Of a stretch of 64,000 nt of DNA, positions 1 to 9,146 are shown one piece after another. The notes beneath the pieces were generated by a model. It was not told where the DNA came from, made no database searches, and saw only the letters and a list, made by a program, of their open reading frames with translations. The DNA is taken from positions 24,862 to 88,861 of IMG/VR virus record IMGVR_UViG_3300028797_000143. The stretch is one strand, 5' to 3'. Position numbers and translations under genes: made by a program. The first letter of the stretch is position 1; each line of letters begins with the position of its first letter. This stretch comes from a virus. Taxonomy: Duplodnaviria; Caudoviricetes.

Positions 1-137
1 GGCTGGAAGAAGTTTGATGAACAGACGGACGTAATCTCTACGGGTAACGTAACGTCTATGCCCATACTCAGTATAGCGGCTTTATCAGACCTTGGAACCT
101 CACGGAGTGTAACGGCTTCAAGTTTGAAGAGGGGCAT

Positions 138-404
138 TTGATGGAAGCTGATATAAAGCCATTCAAGAACCATCGCATCCCGAAGGACATAGAAGAGTAT
201 CTTACCGACAAGAACAGAAAGGATATGGTTATCCTCTATATGTTCTTTGTAAGGAATGACTTTGGTCGTGTTGAACCATTCTGTTACGTGGTGACTGACT
301 ACAACCACAAACTGATTATGTATAGGGTTCTGTCACGCGGTAATCAGAACTATGCGAAGCGGAAAAGAGCAGCAGAAGAGGCTATTAGTTACATCACTGA
401 TTGA
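138..404 (+). CDS. hypothetical phage protein
   Basis: 88-aa ORF co-oriented with neighbours; no recognisable motif. Confidence 0.55.
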   Translation: MMEADIKPFKNHRIPKDIEEYLTDKNRKDMVILYMFFVRNDFGRVEPFCYVVTDYNHKLIMYRVLSRGNQNYAKRKRAAEEAISYITD

Positions 405-551
405 CACTGAATATGATAGTGAATGGCTATGATATCGTCTATAGTAGGACGTACATGAAGTTTCAGGTATGGGATTGTGACTTATGCTTGGAAGAGTTTG
501 AGAATATAGAAGATGCAATTAAATTTGCAAATGATAATTAAATTTACGATT

Positions 552-1094
552 ATGAAGATAGTAATAATGAACGTCGGTGATGCCAGAATCGACATCGTTG
601 ATGCACCTGACCACCTGATAGGTGATGAGGATATTGAGAAGTGGCTTTCGGAGAAGGATTTCTATTATCCTGGGATTAGCTCTTGGATGGCTGTCTCCGC
701 GGATTATGTCCCCGTGAGGTTTATCACCTACAATGAGGAAGGAGAAACTGCTGTCAGCCATTCGAGGATAAACACAGTCCAAGAGATCGTGTATAATGTT
801 AAAGGCAGAGAGAAGCAGGAGCTTATCGATGCGCTTCAGAAGTATGGCGAGAAAGAGGATGGAGGGTATGAGTACCATTTCCATGGAACAATGCCTTGTA
901 TCGCTGCTTATGACTATGACGAGCCTGCAGATGTTGTCGTGTATGCTGTAAGAGTGAAAGATAATTGGCTATCCCTCATCGTCCGTGGCAAGGAGGAGTA
1001 CGACGAGGAGCACCAGATTGATGCCGGCGAGGTCTTTGCCGGGCATTTGGATTTCGTAACAAGTGAAATAATCAACAACCATGGAAAGAAATGA
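552..1094 (+). CDS. hypothetical phage protein (likely start MKIVIM at 552)
   Basis: Long acidic ORF overlapping the next gene. Confidence 0.7.
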   Translation: MKIVIMNVGDARIDIVDAPDHLIGDEDIEKWLSEKDFYYPGISSWMAVSADYVPVRFITYNEEGETAVSHSRINTVQEIVYNVKGREKQELIDALQKYGEKEDGGYEYHFHGTMPCIAAYDYDEPADVVVYAVRVKDNWLSLIVRGKEEYDEEHQIDAGEVFAGHLDFVTSEIINNHGKK

Positions 1095-1332
1095 ATTGAT
1101 AACCTTGGTTCATACTATCATGCATGAATCCGAAGGGCGCATGAAAGCTAACTTGGAGAAAGTCCTTGACAGCGGTGCCGTGGATTTGAGTTCTGGTGAT
1201 AAGAGACCCTATGTCTTGGCTGAGACGGTCTTCTGCGCGCTGCTGAAAGAGGAACAGTCCCATTATAGGCCTATGTATGGCAGGAGTAAGCAAATCTCAA
1301 ATGACATCGATAACATATACTACATGATATGA
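1081..1332 (+). CDS. hypothetical phage protein
   Basis: ORF with ATGA overlap to next gene. Confidence 0.65.
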   Translation: MERNELITLVHTIMHESEGRMKANLEKVLDSGAVDLSSGDKRPYVLAETVFCALLKEEQSHYRPMYGRSKQISNDIDNIYYMI

Positions 1333-1580
1333 CAGAAAGAGAAATAGCAGAAAATATCTGCCGTGCAATGGCACGAAACCTCGTGGATGAGAACGGAGGC
1401 TTTTCCATGGGAGGTACGACTCTCGCCGAGAAGTATTCGGAAAGACAATTCAAGGCAGGGTATGATATACAGATGATAGCCAAGCATGCAAATGCCCTCC
1501 GTCATTGGGTTGTGGCAGCAGGCTATGACTTGGATAACTCCTTTAGGGTAGTATTAAGTAATAATATATTGAACAAATGA
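1329..1580 (+). CDS. hypothetical phage protein
   Basis: ORF with overlapping start/stop on both sides. Confidence 0.65.
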   Translation: MTEREIAENICRAMARNLVDENGGFSMGGTTLAEKYSERQFKAGYDIQMIAKHANALRHWVVAAGYDLDNSFRVVLSNNILNK

Positions 1581-1963
1581 AAAAGACACTACATGTGCGT
1601 TTCGTCCATGAGATGGGTGAGATGCTGAAAGACTTCAAAACTTTAAATGAAGACCTCGGCGCTTTCATGAGAGGAGAAATAGGTCCTACACAGAAAGCGT
1701 ACATCGAGAAGATCAATTCCAATTGGAACGGGTATAACTTCATCGTGCAATTCGGTCATGTCTTTAGACTGACTGACAAGGTTCGCTATAAGGACAATGG
1801 AGCGATGTATACCCCTTGCGAGAACTGCGAGCTGAGTGGATATTGTTCCAAGGACATAGGTAGGCTATGTGATTTGCTCCAAGCAGGAGGTAACGAATGG
1901 TTTGAGGATGCAGGTGAGCTTATCCTTGATAAGAAAGGAAAGATGAAAGTAGAACCTTGGTAA
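1577..1963 (+). CDS. hypothetical protein with CxxC...C..C cluster
   Basis: PCENCELSGYC...LC motif; operon packing. Confidence 0.65.
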   Translation: MKKTLHVRFVHEMGEMLKDFKTLNEDLGAFMRGEIGPTQKAYIEKINSNWNGYNFIVQFGHVFRLTDKVRYKDNGAMYTPCENCELSGYCSKDIGRLCDLLQAGGNEWFEDAGELILDKKGKMKVEPW

Positions 1964-1974
1964 AAATAGAGATT

Positions 1975-2139
1975 ATGGCAAAGTATGTTTGTAGCGTCTG
2001 TGGCTCCGAGGATATCGAAGTCAAGGCATGGGTCCGTCCTAACAAGGATGATGAGGTGGTAGAATGGTGTGAAGATGAGATTCCAGAATGCTGGTGTAAC
2101 GACTGTCAGGAAAGAACCACATTCAAGAAAGTAGGGTAA
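1975..2139 (+). CDS. small zinc-ribbon protein
   Basis: CSVCGS ... CWCNDC motifs. Confidence 0.6.
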   Translation: MAKYVCSVCGSEDIEVKAWVRPNKDDEVVEWCEDEIPECWCNDCQERTTFKKVG

Positions 2140-2220
2140 AATCTCTCACTTCTAAAACACCTCTTTTCGGTTGTAATTTTGGACATCGGTTGCGTAAATC
2201 GGTTGCACGATGTTGCACAG

Positions 2221-2250
2221 AAAAAGGAGTTACGTTTGTAACTCCTTGAT
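2221..2250. terminator. intrinsic terminator hairpin
   Basis: AGGAGTTAC-GTTT-GTAACTCCT stem with an A-run on the left (T-run on minus strand), downstream of the tRNA fragment. Confidence 0.7.
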
Positions 2251-2257
2251 TTCCAGT

Positions 2258-2303
2258 GTAGCGGGAATCGGGATTGAACCGATGACCTCATGATTATGAA
2301 TCA
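2258..2303 (-). other. attP core: 3' half of a tRNA with CAT anticodon (Met/Ile2)
   Basis: Minus strand TGATTCATAATCATGAGGTCATCGGTTCAATCCCGATTCCCGCTAC gives anticodon loop, T-arm and 3' acceptor strand; the 5' half is absent; directly upstream of the integrase. Confidence 0.85.
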
Positions 2304-2479
2304 GTATTTTAGCGTTTCTTTGGGTTGCATGTTGTTGCATAAAATTGTGTTAAAGTTGCTCATTTTCTTGCACTTCCGAATAATGTTGCATACCTTTGCA
2401 AAAACTTAATTTATCGGTTGCATTCATCGGTTGCATAATCAAGTATGGTCAATCGGTTGCAATTATCGGTTGCAAGAAA

Positions 2480-3955
2480 ATGGTTAAGTGGGAAGAGGTT
2501 TATAGGTATGGTGGCGACAGCGTGCGAGGTGCCTTTAGCGTCCGCGTGGCTGTTGTCCTAAATCGTGCGTCAAGACCTGATGGCGATGGTAGGTATATGG
2601 TGGCTGTCAAAGTTACCCAGGGGAATGACAGGAGGTATTTCATAAATGTCCCCGGAATACGTATGCTCCCAGAGGACTTCGTTGCCATGTGCCGTGAGAG
2701 GGACGTGATGAGGGGAAGGTTCAAGAGGTTCGCGGATATAGGAGGAAAGGTAACGGGATTCTATGACAGGGTTTGCCATATGGTCGATGACCTCGTTTTC
2801 AATGGGTCCTTCGTCTTTGATGATTTCAAGTACAGGTGGAATGACATAGAGAAGACCAATCTCGTGGAGATAACACCCTATACGTTATGGGAGCAGGTTG
2901 CCAAGGAGCGGTCGGCAGGTACGGAGGAGAGTTACCTCATAGCCTTAAGGAGGTTCAAGATAGACATGGGTACGAAAATAAGGTTCTGTGACTTCTCCAA
3001 GCCTCTCGTGGCGAGGTGGAAGGAGAAGATGCTCAGTGCAGGTCTCTCGCGTACTACGGCCAATATCTATATCCGTTCCCTACGTGTTGTTCTCAACGAT
3101 GCCCGAAGGATGGGACAGCTTTCCGATACGCGGGGTGTCTTCGATGGGCTGTGTATAGGTGGAAGGAACAGCTATAATAGCCGAAAGGAGAAATATCTGT
3201 CCGTAGAACAGTGGACGCGCCTATGGCTGTTCTATGAGTCTAAAGGAGAGGGAAACGAGGTTTATCTGTCATGGAGGGAAGACCAGAAGAAGGACAGGAT
3301 GGAGGCCTTGGGTATGATGCTCTTCATGTACCTTGCTGACGGGATGAACCTGAGAGACGTCGTAAGCCTGAGATATGACGATTACTACTATCAGCATGAT
3401 CGCAGGCAATTGCATTTCCAGAGGCAGAAGGTCGCGGAGCGTTCGGGTGCCAAGGTTGTCTTCCCCGTCTTAGAGCCTATACGTATCATCCTCGAAAGAC
3501 AAGGGGAGAAGGAGGTACGCGGAGGCCTTGTGTTCGGATACCTCAAAGGGAGGGTGAAACTCGACTCACAGACGAAAGAGACCGCCAAGGAGATAAGAAG
3601 ACTTACGGCCTTGTACAACTCTACGATTGGTGACAGGGTAGCCCATATCGCCGATGCTATAGGCCTTGACGTACACCCTACCCCCACGTGGTGTAGGCAC
3701 TCTTTTGCGAGTAACCTCATACAGGCTGGTGTTCCGAAGGAGTACATCACCGCTTCCATGGCACATAGCAGCGATGATACCACGGATAACTACATAGACA
3801 TGTATTCCTATGAGCAGATGGTTGACTACAACAGCCGCCTCCTGGATGACCCTTCGAGGAAGAAGAACAGGGTTCGCGACATCTTCAAGGGCTTCTCCGA
3901 AGAGGAGTTGGAAGAGCTGAGGGCACTGATGGGGATGAAGCAGGATGAAACGTAA
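2480..3955 (+). CDS. int: tyrosine recombinase (phage integrase), Bacteroidota type with N-terminal arm-binding and SAM-like domains
   Basis: GMNLRDV (Arg), RHSFASNL (HxxR region), MAHS...TTDNY (His/Tyr); start moved to MVKW at 2480. Confidence 0.93.
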   Translation: MVKWEEVYRYGGDSVRGAFSVRVAVVLNRASRPDGDGRYMVAVKVTQGNDRRYFINVPGIRMLPEDFVAMCRERDVMRGRFKRFADIGGKVTGFYDRVCHMVDDLVFNGSFVFDDFKYRWNDIEKTNLVEITPYTLWEQVAKERSAGTEESYLIALRRFKIDMGTKIRFCDFSKPLVARWKEKMLSAGLSRTTANIYIRSLRVVLNDARRMGQLSDTRGVFDGLCIGGRNSYNSRKEKYLSVEQWTRLWLFYESKGEGNEVYLSWREDQKKDRMEALGMMLFMYLADGMNLRDVVSLRYDDYYYQHDRRQLHFQRQKVAERSGAKVVFPVLEPIRIILERQGEKEVRGGLVFGYLKGRVKLDSQTKETAKEIRRLTALYNSTIGDRVAHIADAIGLDVHPTPTWCRHSFASNLIQAGVPKEYITASMAHSSDDTTDNYIDMYSYEQMVDYNSRLLDDPSRKKNRVRDIFKGFSEEELEELRALMGMKQDET

Positions 3956-4027
3956 TTATGTGCATTTATTCGAATATATGTTAATATATTTGGAAATATC
4001 AACATAATGCACTACCTTTGCACCAAA

Positions 4028-4360
4028 ATGCAAAGGATTATGATTCACACTGACACACCCTCTGTTGCTTACTATGCCATTTCGGAGCATCAACTGCAGG
4101 AAATCATCAACGAGAGCGTTAAGGCGACCTTGAAGGAGGTGGGCTTTGACTTCGACACCATGGGGCAACACCTTGCCACGGAGCAGAAGGACGAGTACAA
4201 GCCGTTGGCCTATTGGCTGAACAAGCTTAACATCAACCGCTCTACCTTGTGGCGAAGAGCCAAGGAGAACCTTATTACCCCTTCAAGGATGGGAGGTAAG
4301 GTGTACCTTTGCCAGCGGGATATTGACCAGATGTTCCAGAAGCTTGCGGAAAAGAGGTGA
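4028..4360 (+). CDS. excisionase-like HTH DNA-binding protein
   Basis: C-terminal LNINRSTLWRRAKENLITPSRMGGKVYL pattern; own promoter TTTG 3989 / TACCTTTG 4013. Confidence 0.7.
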   Translation: MQRIMIHTDTPSVAYYAISEHQLQEIINESVKATLKEVGFDFDTMGQHLATEQKDEYKPLAYWLNKLNINRSTLWRRAKENLITPSRMGGKVYLCQRDIDQMFQKLAEKR

Positions 4361-4362
4361 TG

Positions 4363-4626
4363 TCAGCCTTTTTCCTCGAAGAAGAACCCCTCTCCGAGTA
4401 ATAGCCATTTGGCAGATACACCATACTCCTTTGCAAGTATATACAGGTACTCCGGTTTGATTATCCCCGTTCCATGGTTCTTAATCGTGCACAGATTCCC
4501 ATAGCTGATGTCGTGTTGTACGGCAAAGTCGCAGAGTCCCCTCATTCTTCTCATCCGCTTAAGAATCTCTATGGCTTCAAAGAAGCGCTCGTTGATTTCC
4601 TGTGAGGTCTTTGACTTCTTCAGCAT
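4363..4626 (-). CDS. XRE/Cro-like HTH protein
   Basis: FAVQHDISYGNL...EYGVSAKWLLLGEG. Confidence 0.75.
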   Translation of the reverse strand: MLKKSKTSQEINERFFEAIEILKRMRRMRGLCDFAVQHDISYGNLCTIKNHGTGIIKPEYLYILAKEYGVSAKWLLLGEGFFFEEKG

Positions 4627-4688
4627 TGTTGCACGATTGTATCCACTTAGAAGGATGGGTTATTATTTCAAAGAACGACTTTGCAATG

Positions 4689-5078
4689 TTATTTGATGGA
4701 CAGCTTTTCGAGAAGCGTCACGAGTGAGGTGCTGATGGCCGTCAGCTGTATTTGTATTTGGTTCTGCATATCTATCTGCTGGCAGATGGTCTCGTTCTGC
4801 TTTTTGACGACGCTTAGCAGGTCGAGAAGTGCAAGGTTTCCACCCTTAAAGGGAGGTATCTCACCCACCTTGATCTGTTCGGCGCTGTCAGTGATGTAAG
4901 CGTCCACTGTTTCCCTGCCGTATTCCTGACGCAACATATCAAGTTGCTTCTCGGTAAGGTCTATACCATTTGTCTCAACCCTTGAAAGGTTCGACTGAGA
5001 GAGACCTAAGATAGTAGCGAAGTCCCCTTGGCGAATGTCCTTGGCTCTCCGAAACTCTCTAATCTTGAAATTACCCAT
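4689..5078 (-). CDS. CI-like repressor (HTH_3/XRE)
   Basis: IREFRRAKDIRQGDFATILGLSQSNLSRVE; divergent from cro-like gene; start at MGNF. Confidence 0.8.
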   Translation of the reverse strand: MGNFKIREFRRAKDIRQGDFATILGLSQSNLSRVETNGIDLTEKQLDMLRQEYGRETVDAYITDSAEQIKVGEIPPFKGGNLALLDLLSVVKKQNETICQQIDMQNQIQIQLTAISTSLVTLLEKLSIK

Positions 5079-5123
5079 AATATTGTTAATTTTGTATAAA
5101 TGGATGAATATATTAGTGTTATA

Positions 5124-5208
5124 TTTGCATAAATGCAGATAAATTCGTATCTTTGCACAAAGAATAAAACGATGGTGCAAAAGTAATGGAAAATATTCAA
5201 TCATCAAA
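5124..5208. promoter_or_regulatory. overlapping rightward and leftward promoters of the lysis/lysogeny switch
   Basis: Plus: TTTG 5124, TATCTTTG 5148. Minus: TTTG 5205-5208, TACTTTTG 5178-5185. Confidence 0.65.
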
Positions 5209-5452
5209 GCGTTTTCAGCAGAATTTCGAAAAAATATCCCTCAGGGGATACTATAACGGCCTTCCCGAGCGCGTGTCACCTAAGCTACAGTTCCTCGAAG
5301 AGATACAGAGGAGGTGTAAGGAAGAGAGTGGCAAGCAGGTGACGATGGCCACCGTAAGGAATTGGGTACTCTATGGCATCAAGCCGATGAATCCCATTCA
5401 TGTGAAGGTTATATCCGACATTACTAACATTAAAGAAGAAGACCTATGGTAG
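5186..5452 (+). CDS. Cro-like transcriptional regulator
   Basis: First gene of rightward operon; TMATVRNWVLYGIKP helix-turn-helix-like segment. Confidence 0.65.
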   Translation: MENIQSSKRFQQNFEKISLRGYYNGLPERVSPKLQFLEEIQRRCKEESGKQVTMATVRNWVLYGIKPMNPIHVKVISDITNIKEEDLW

Positions 5453-6000
5453 GAGCAGAGTTCTATATTTTCGACAATGAGCTGTGGTGCAAGTCGGACG
5501 ATGGGAGGAACTTCATCGTTGACGAGACCTGTACGGAGGTTATCTCTTATATTATAAATAATGTACGCGCGAGATACCCAGAGGCTTACAAGGCTCTCTC
5601 CAAGCACTACCAGAAGAGTTCTATCAGTGCATCCTACTATCAGTATTTAATGGCAAGGAGGTTCTGTAAGTGCAATTTCGGTTCACTTGATGCCACTTCG
5701 GAGGATGTCCGTAATGACGGAGTGTTCAACTTTGAGAACGTCCAATGTCCCATGAGAGGGGAGTGTCCCTTGGAGGGTGTTGTATGTAATCCCGTTTTTG
5801 ATGCTCACCTCTTGAAGTCCGAGATGAGGGTGATGAAGCTGTGGTATGAAGGACGGACAAAGGAGGAGATAGCCGAGGAGCTGTTCATCTCCCCGGGGAC
5901 TGTGAAGAATCATATTAAGAGCGCCTACCTGAAGCTTGGCGTCCATTCGGAGGCTGAGTTTGTGAGGTACGCAAAAGATAATCATTTATTCACCAATTAA
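5446..6000 (+). CDS. LuxR-type HTH regulator with Cys-rich motif
   Basis: CPMRGECPLEGVVCNP followed by EIAEELFISPGTVKNHIKSAYLKLGV. Confidence 0.85.
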   Translation: MVGAEFYIFDNELWCKSDDGRNFIVDETCTEVISYIINNVRARYPEAYKALSKHYQKSSISASYYQYLMARRFCKCNFGSLDATSEDVRNDGVFNFENVQCPMRGECPLEGVVCNPVFDAHLLKSEMRVMKLWYEGRTKEEIAEELFISPGTVKNHIKSAYLKLGVHSEAEFVRYAKDNHLFTN

Positions 6001-6007
6001 ACGAGTT

Positions 6008-6736
6008 ATGGAACAATTACAATTCAGAACGCTTACGGCAGACGAGATTGAATGCCGCGTAGCACAGGCTGGCAAGAACCAGCAGGGAGGTTGGTGTTCT
6101 CTCTTACTCTACAAGGATGCCCGGTGTGACCAGAGGCTTCTTGATGAGACGGTCGGGTGTTTCCGATGGAAGAGGGAGCATGAGCTCATCAATGGTAACC
6201 TGTTCTGTACTGTCAGTATCAAGGACGGCAGTGGAGAGTGGGTGTCTAAACAAGACGTTGGTACGGAGAGCAGCACGGAGAAGGAGAAAGGCCAGGCATC
6301 GGATGCCTTCAAGCGTGCGTGCTTCAATTGGGGTCTCGGGCGTGAGCTGTATACCTCTCCCAAGATCTTTGTCAACCTCACATCGGATGAGGTTTTCGAG
6401 CAGAACGGCAAGGCCAAGGTAAACCCGAGAGTGACGTTCAAGGTGTCGAGCATCAGCTATGATGATAAGAGGAACATCAGTGCTTTGGTCATCACGGACT
6501 CCAAGGGTGCTGTCCGTTATACCTTTGGCAATGTAAAGGCAAAAGTAACACCTGTTGCAAAGCCTGAGTTGTCTTTGGAGGACGCCAAGAAGCAAATCAG
6601 TGAGGCTACCACTAATGAGCAGCTTGCCGCCATCTTCAAGGCCAATAAGCACCTGCAGAACGACGCCAGTTTCATCGACGCTCTGTCGAATCGTAAGAAC
6701 CAAATCCTGAACGACAATGGAGCTGCCGCTGCTTAA
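6008..6736 (+). CDS. Sak/Rad52-family single-strand annealing protein
   Basis: LLYKDARCDQRLLDE...KQDVG...EKGQASDAFKRACFNWGLGRELY. Confidence 0.8.
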   Translation: MEQLQFRTLTADEIECRVAQAGKNQQGGWCSLLLYKDARCDQRLLDETVGCFRWKREHELINGNLFCTVSIKDGSGEWVSKQDVGTESSTEKEKGQASDAFKRACFNWGLGRELYTSPKIFVNLTSDEVFEQNGKAKVNPRVTFKVSSISYDDKRNISALVITDSKGAVRYTFGNVKAKVTPVAKPELSLEDAKKQISEATTNEQLAAIFKANKHLQNDASFIDALSNRKNQILNDNGAAAA

Positions 6737-7649
6737 CCAATCGCCCGTAGTGTTTGATGCGGAGCATCACACCTACCAGCTTGGAGATAAGTTCCTGAAG
6801 GGTGTCACGGGGACACTCGTCAGGAGGGCTTATCCCAACACCTACCAGATTCCTGACGGCTTCACGGAAGAGCAGTGGGAAGAGAGATTACGACAGGCGG
6901 CTGCCAAGGGTACTGCCATCCACCAAGCCATTGAGTTGTATGAAGACCTTGGCGTAGAGAACGACATGCCAGAGCTTCGTAACTACATCTCCATCAAGGA
7001 TGACAACGGCTTCGTGAACCTCGCTACGGAGTATCTTGTGAGTGACGAGAAAAACTACGCTTCGGCTGTTGACCATGTGTGGTACTCTCCAGAAACGAAG
7101 GATATCATTCTCGTAGATATTAAGAGAACCTACGAGATTCACATCGACGAGGTGACGTGTCAGACGAGCATCTATAAGAAGCTCTTCTTACGGCAGAATC
7201 CCCACTTGAAGGACTACAATATCTGTACGGCTGTTTTGTGGCTGAGAGATGAGAAGAGTGACTTCCGTCTCTTGAACCCGTGGGCTGAGGAGGTCGTTGA
7301 TGAGCTTATCGAAGCCGATTTGAAGGATGAGACCTTCGACATTCAGAAGCATTATGGTGACCTTCCCGTGAGGTTTGCCGATGCCGAGAAGGTGATAGCA
7401 CAGCTTGACGCAGAGCTGAAAGAGAAGAGGGCTCAGTATGAGAAGCTGACAAAGGGCTTGTATGACTTGATGGTTGAATATGGCGTCCAGAAGTTTACGG
7501 GCTCCAGGATTCAGCTGACGATTACCAAGCCTACGAAACGTGAGGGCTTCAATAAGGATGCGTTCAAGCAGGATAATCCAGACCTATATGAGAAGTATAA
7601 GACCTATACAGACGTGAAATCAAGTTTAAGAATAACAGTAAAAAATTAA
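6717..7649 (+). CDS. PD-(D/E)XK exonuclease
   Basis: KGTAIHQAIE, ASAVD...LVDIKRT, QTSIY motifs; next to the annealase. Confidence 0.75.
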   Translation: MELPLLNQSPVVFDAEHHTYQLGDKFLKGVTGTLVRRAYPNTYQIPDGFTEEQWEERLRQAAAKGTAIHQAIELYEDLGVENDMPELRNYISIKDDNGFVNLATEYLVSDEKNYASAVDHVWYSPETKDIILVDIKRTYEIHIDEVTCQTSIYKKLFLRQNPHLKDYNICTAVLWLRDEKSDFRLLNPWAEEVVDELIEADLKDETFDIQKHYGDLPVRFADAEKVIAQLDAELKEKRAQYEKLTKGLYDLMVEYGVQKFTGSRIQLTITKPTKREGFNKDAFKQDNPDLYEKYKTYTDVKSSLRITVKN

Positions 7650-7653
7650 AATC

Positions 7654-8052
7654 ATGGCAAACAATCTGAATGTAAGCATCAACCTCCTTAAGTTGAAAGC
7701 CGCCATTTTAGGTGTCAAGGGTAAGGAGAAAATCAAGAAGTGTGTGGTCATCCCCATCGAGGACAACGACCTATTTTCTAAGGTGGATGATAACGGCAAG
7801 GTGAGTGTGTATTTGAACCTCACCTGCTGGGAGAACAGACAAGTCTCTCAGTATGGCGACACCCACATGGTCAAGCAGTCACACTCCAAGGAGTGGAATG
7901 AGGCCCACACCGATGAAGACAGGAAAGCGGAGCCTATCCTCGGCAATGCCAAACCCGTCGTTGAGCGCACTGTTGAGAGTGTCAACGTCCCCACTGCCGA
8001 AGTGGAACCCGCCGTCTTTGACGGAGAAGGCAACGATGACCTGCCCTTCTAA
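7654..8052 (+). CDS. probable single-stranded DNA-binding protein
   Basis: Acidic tail ending DDLPF; position in recombination module. Confidence 0.65.
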   Translation: MANNLNVSINLLKLKAAILGVKGKEKIKKCVVIPIEDNDLFSKVDDNGKVSVYLNLTCWENRQVSQYGDTHMVKQSHSKEWNEAHTDEDRKAEPILGNAKPVVERTVESVNVPTAEVEPAVFDGEGNDDLPF

Positions 8053-8513
8053 TGGAAAGCGGCAAAAGGACATTCGTTCTTTCCAACGAGACAGAGAGAC
8101 AGGAGTTCAGGCGCTATTGCAATGATGTTTATCTCTGGGGTTGCGAGAAGGGTGGTATCGTGGAAATCACGAAGCGATACCGCCCACGCTCGCTGTCGCA
8201 GAATAATTATCTCCATTTACTTCTGTCTTACTTCGCCTCTCAGTATGGTTGTTCGCTCGAAGATGCCAAGTATGAGTTCTTCAAGAAGAGGTACAATACA
8301 GACATGTTCGTGAAAACGAGGAAGCATAACGGCAGGGAGGTGACCTATGTAAGGAGTAGTGCATCTCTTGACAAGAACGAAATGAGGCTGGCCATTGACA
8401 GGTTCAAAAATAAGGTTCTTGAAGAGTTCGGGCTATACCTCCCCGATGCCGACAACTATGCTGCCGTAAGGGAGGCTGAAAAGGATATTGCAAGATATGC
8501 AGAATACTTATAA
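8052..8513 (+). CDS. NinB/Orf-like recombination protein
   Basis: RSLSQNNYLH and SSASLDKNEM...ID motifs. Confidence 0.65.
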   Translation: MESGKRTFVLSNETERQEFRRYCNDVYLWGCEKGGIVEITKRYRPRSLSQNNYLHLLLSYFASQYGCSLEDAKYEFFKKRYNTDMFVKTRKHNGREVTYVRSSASLDKNEMRLAIDRFKNKVLEEFGLYLPDADNYAAVREAEKDIARYAEYL

Positions 8514-8522
8514 TTATCCATT

Positions 8523-9146
8523 ATGAAAAGTGAACTATTGAACTACAAGCCGTCCGAGATTGAGTACGTGCTTGATGATGTCGTTGCGGAGACATTCCCG
8601 CAGGAACTTGACTTCATGTCCCTCGAAGGAGGCTCTTTGATGGGTGAGAAGCCCCTGAAGACCAAGCGAGACATCCTTAATTTTATCGGTAAGCATTTCA
8701 CGGCTACGTTCCCCGACGATCAGTTTGCCGTCCGTAAGCTGACACGTATCGAGGAGCAGGCCATCCGCGAGGAGTACTGCGCCCTCACCGAAGACCTCCT
8801 CCCCGTCAGAAAGGCTGAGCTGGAGGAAGCCATCGAGAAGGCCAAGAAGATGAAAGCCGATGCCGAGGCCGCCCTCGCCGCCGTGGTGCAGGACATCGCC
8901 GCCTATGCCGCGCAAGTGAAACAGGGTACCAAGGAGCTTCTGTTGAAGTCCAAGGACACCTTCTGTATCGCCCTCGCGGGTTACTATCTCGTCTATACGT
9001 GGGATGAGGCGAAGCAGACCTTCGTCCTTGCCAATGGTCATAAGGTCGTTGACTCTGGAGAGATTTTCGCCAATGACACCCGGAACAGGGAGATGATGTT
9101 GGAGCTTTTCGGCTGTGAGTTCGAGGAAACGAATGTAGAAGAGTAA
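8523..9146 (+). CDS. hypothetical coiled-coil protein
   Basis: 207-aa ORF with tight operon packing. Confidence 0.7.
   Translation: MKSELLNYKPSEIEYVLDDVVAETFPQELDFMSLEGGSLMGEKPLKTKRDILNFIGKHFTATFPDDQFAVRKLTRIEEQAIREEYCALTEDLLPVRKAELEEAIEKAKKMKADAEAALAAVVQDIAAYAAQVKQGTKELLLKSKDTFCIALAGYYLVYTWDEAKQTFVLANGHKVVDSGEIFANDTRNREMMLELFGCEFEETNVEE

Larger units (their letters stand above)
2185..2474 (+). repeat. integrase arm-type direct repeats ATCGGTTGCA
   Basis: Exact copies at 2198, 2413, 2426, 2452 and 2465 plus a variant at 2185; arranged as pairs 13 bp apart on both sides of the tRNA core. Confidence 0.8.

Noticed and set aside
2258-2303. Functional phage tRNA-Met gene
   Set aside because: Only the 3' half is present; there is no D-arm or 5' acceptor strand. 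It is better explained as the attP core.
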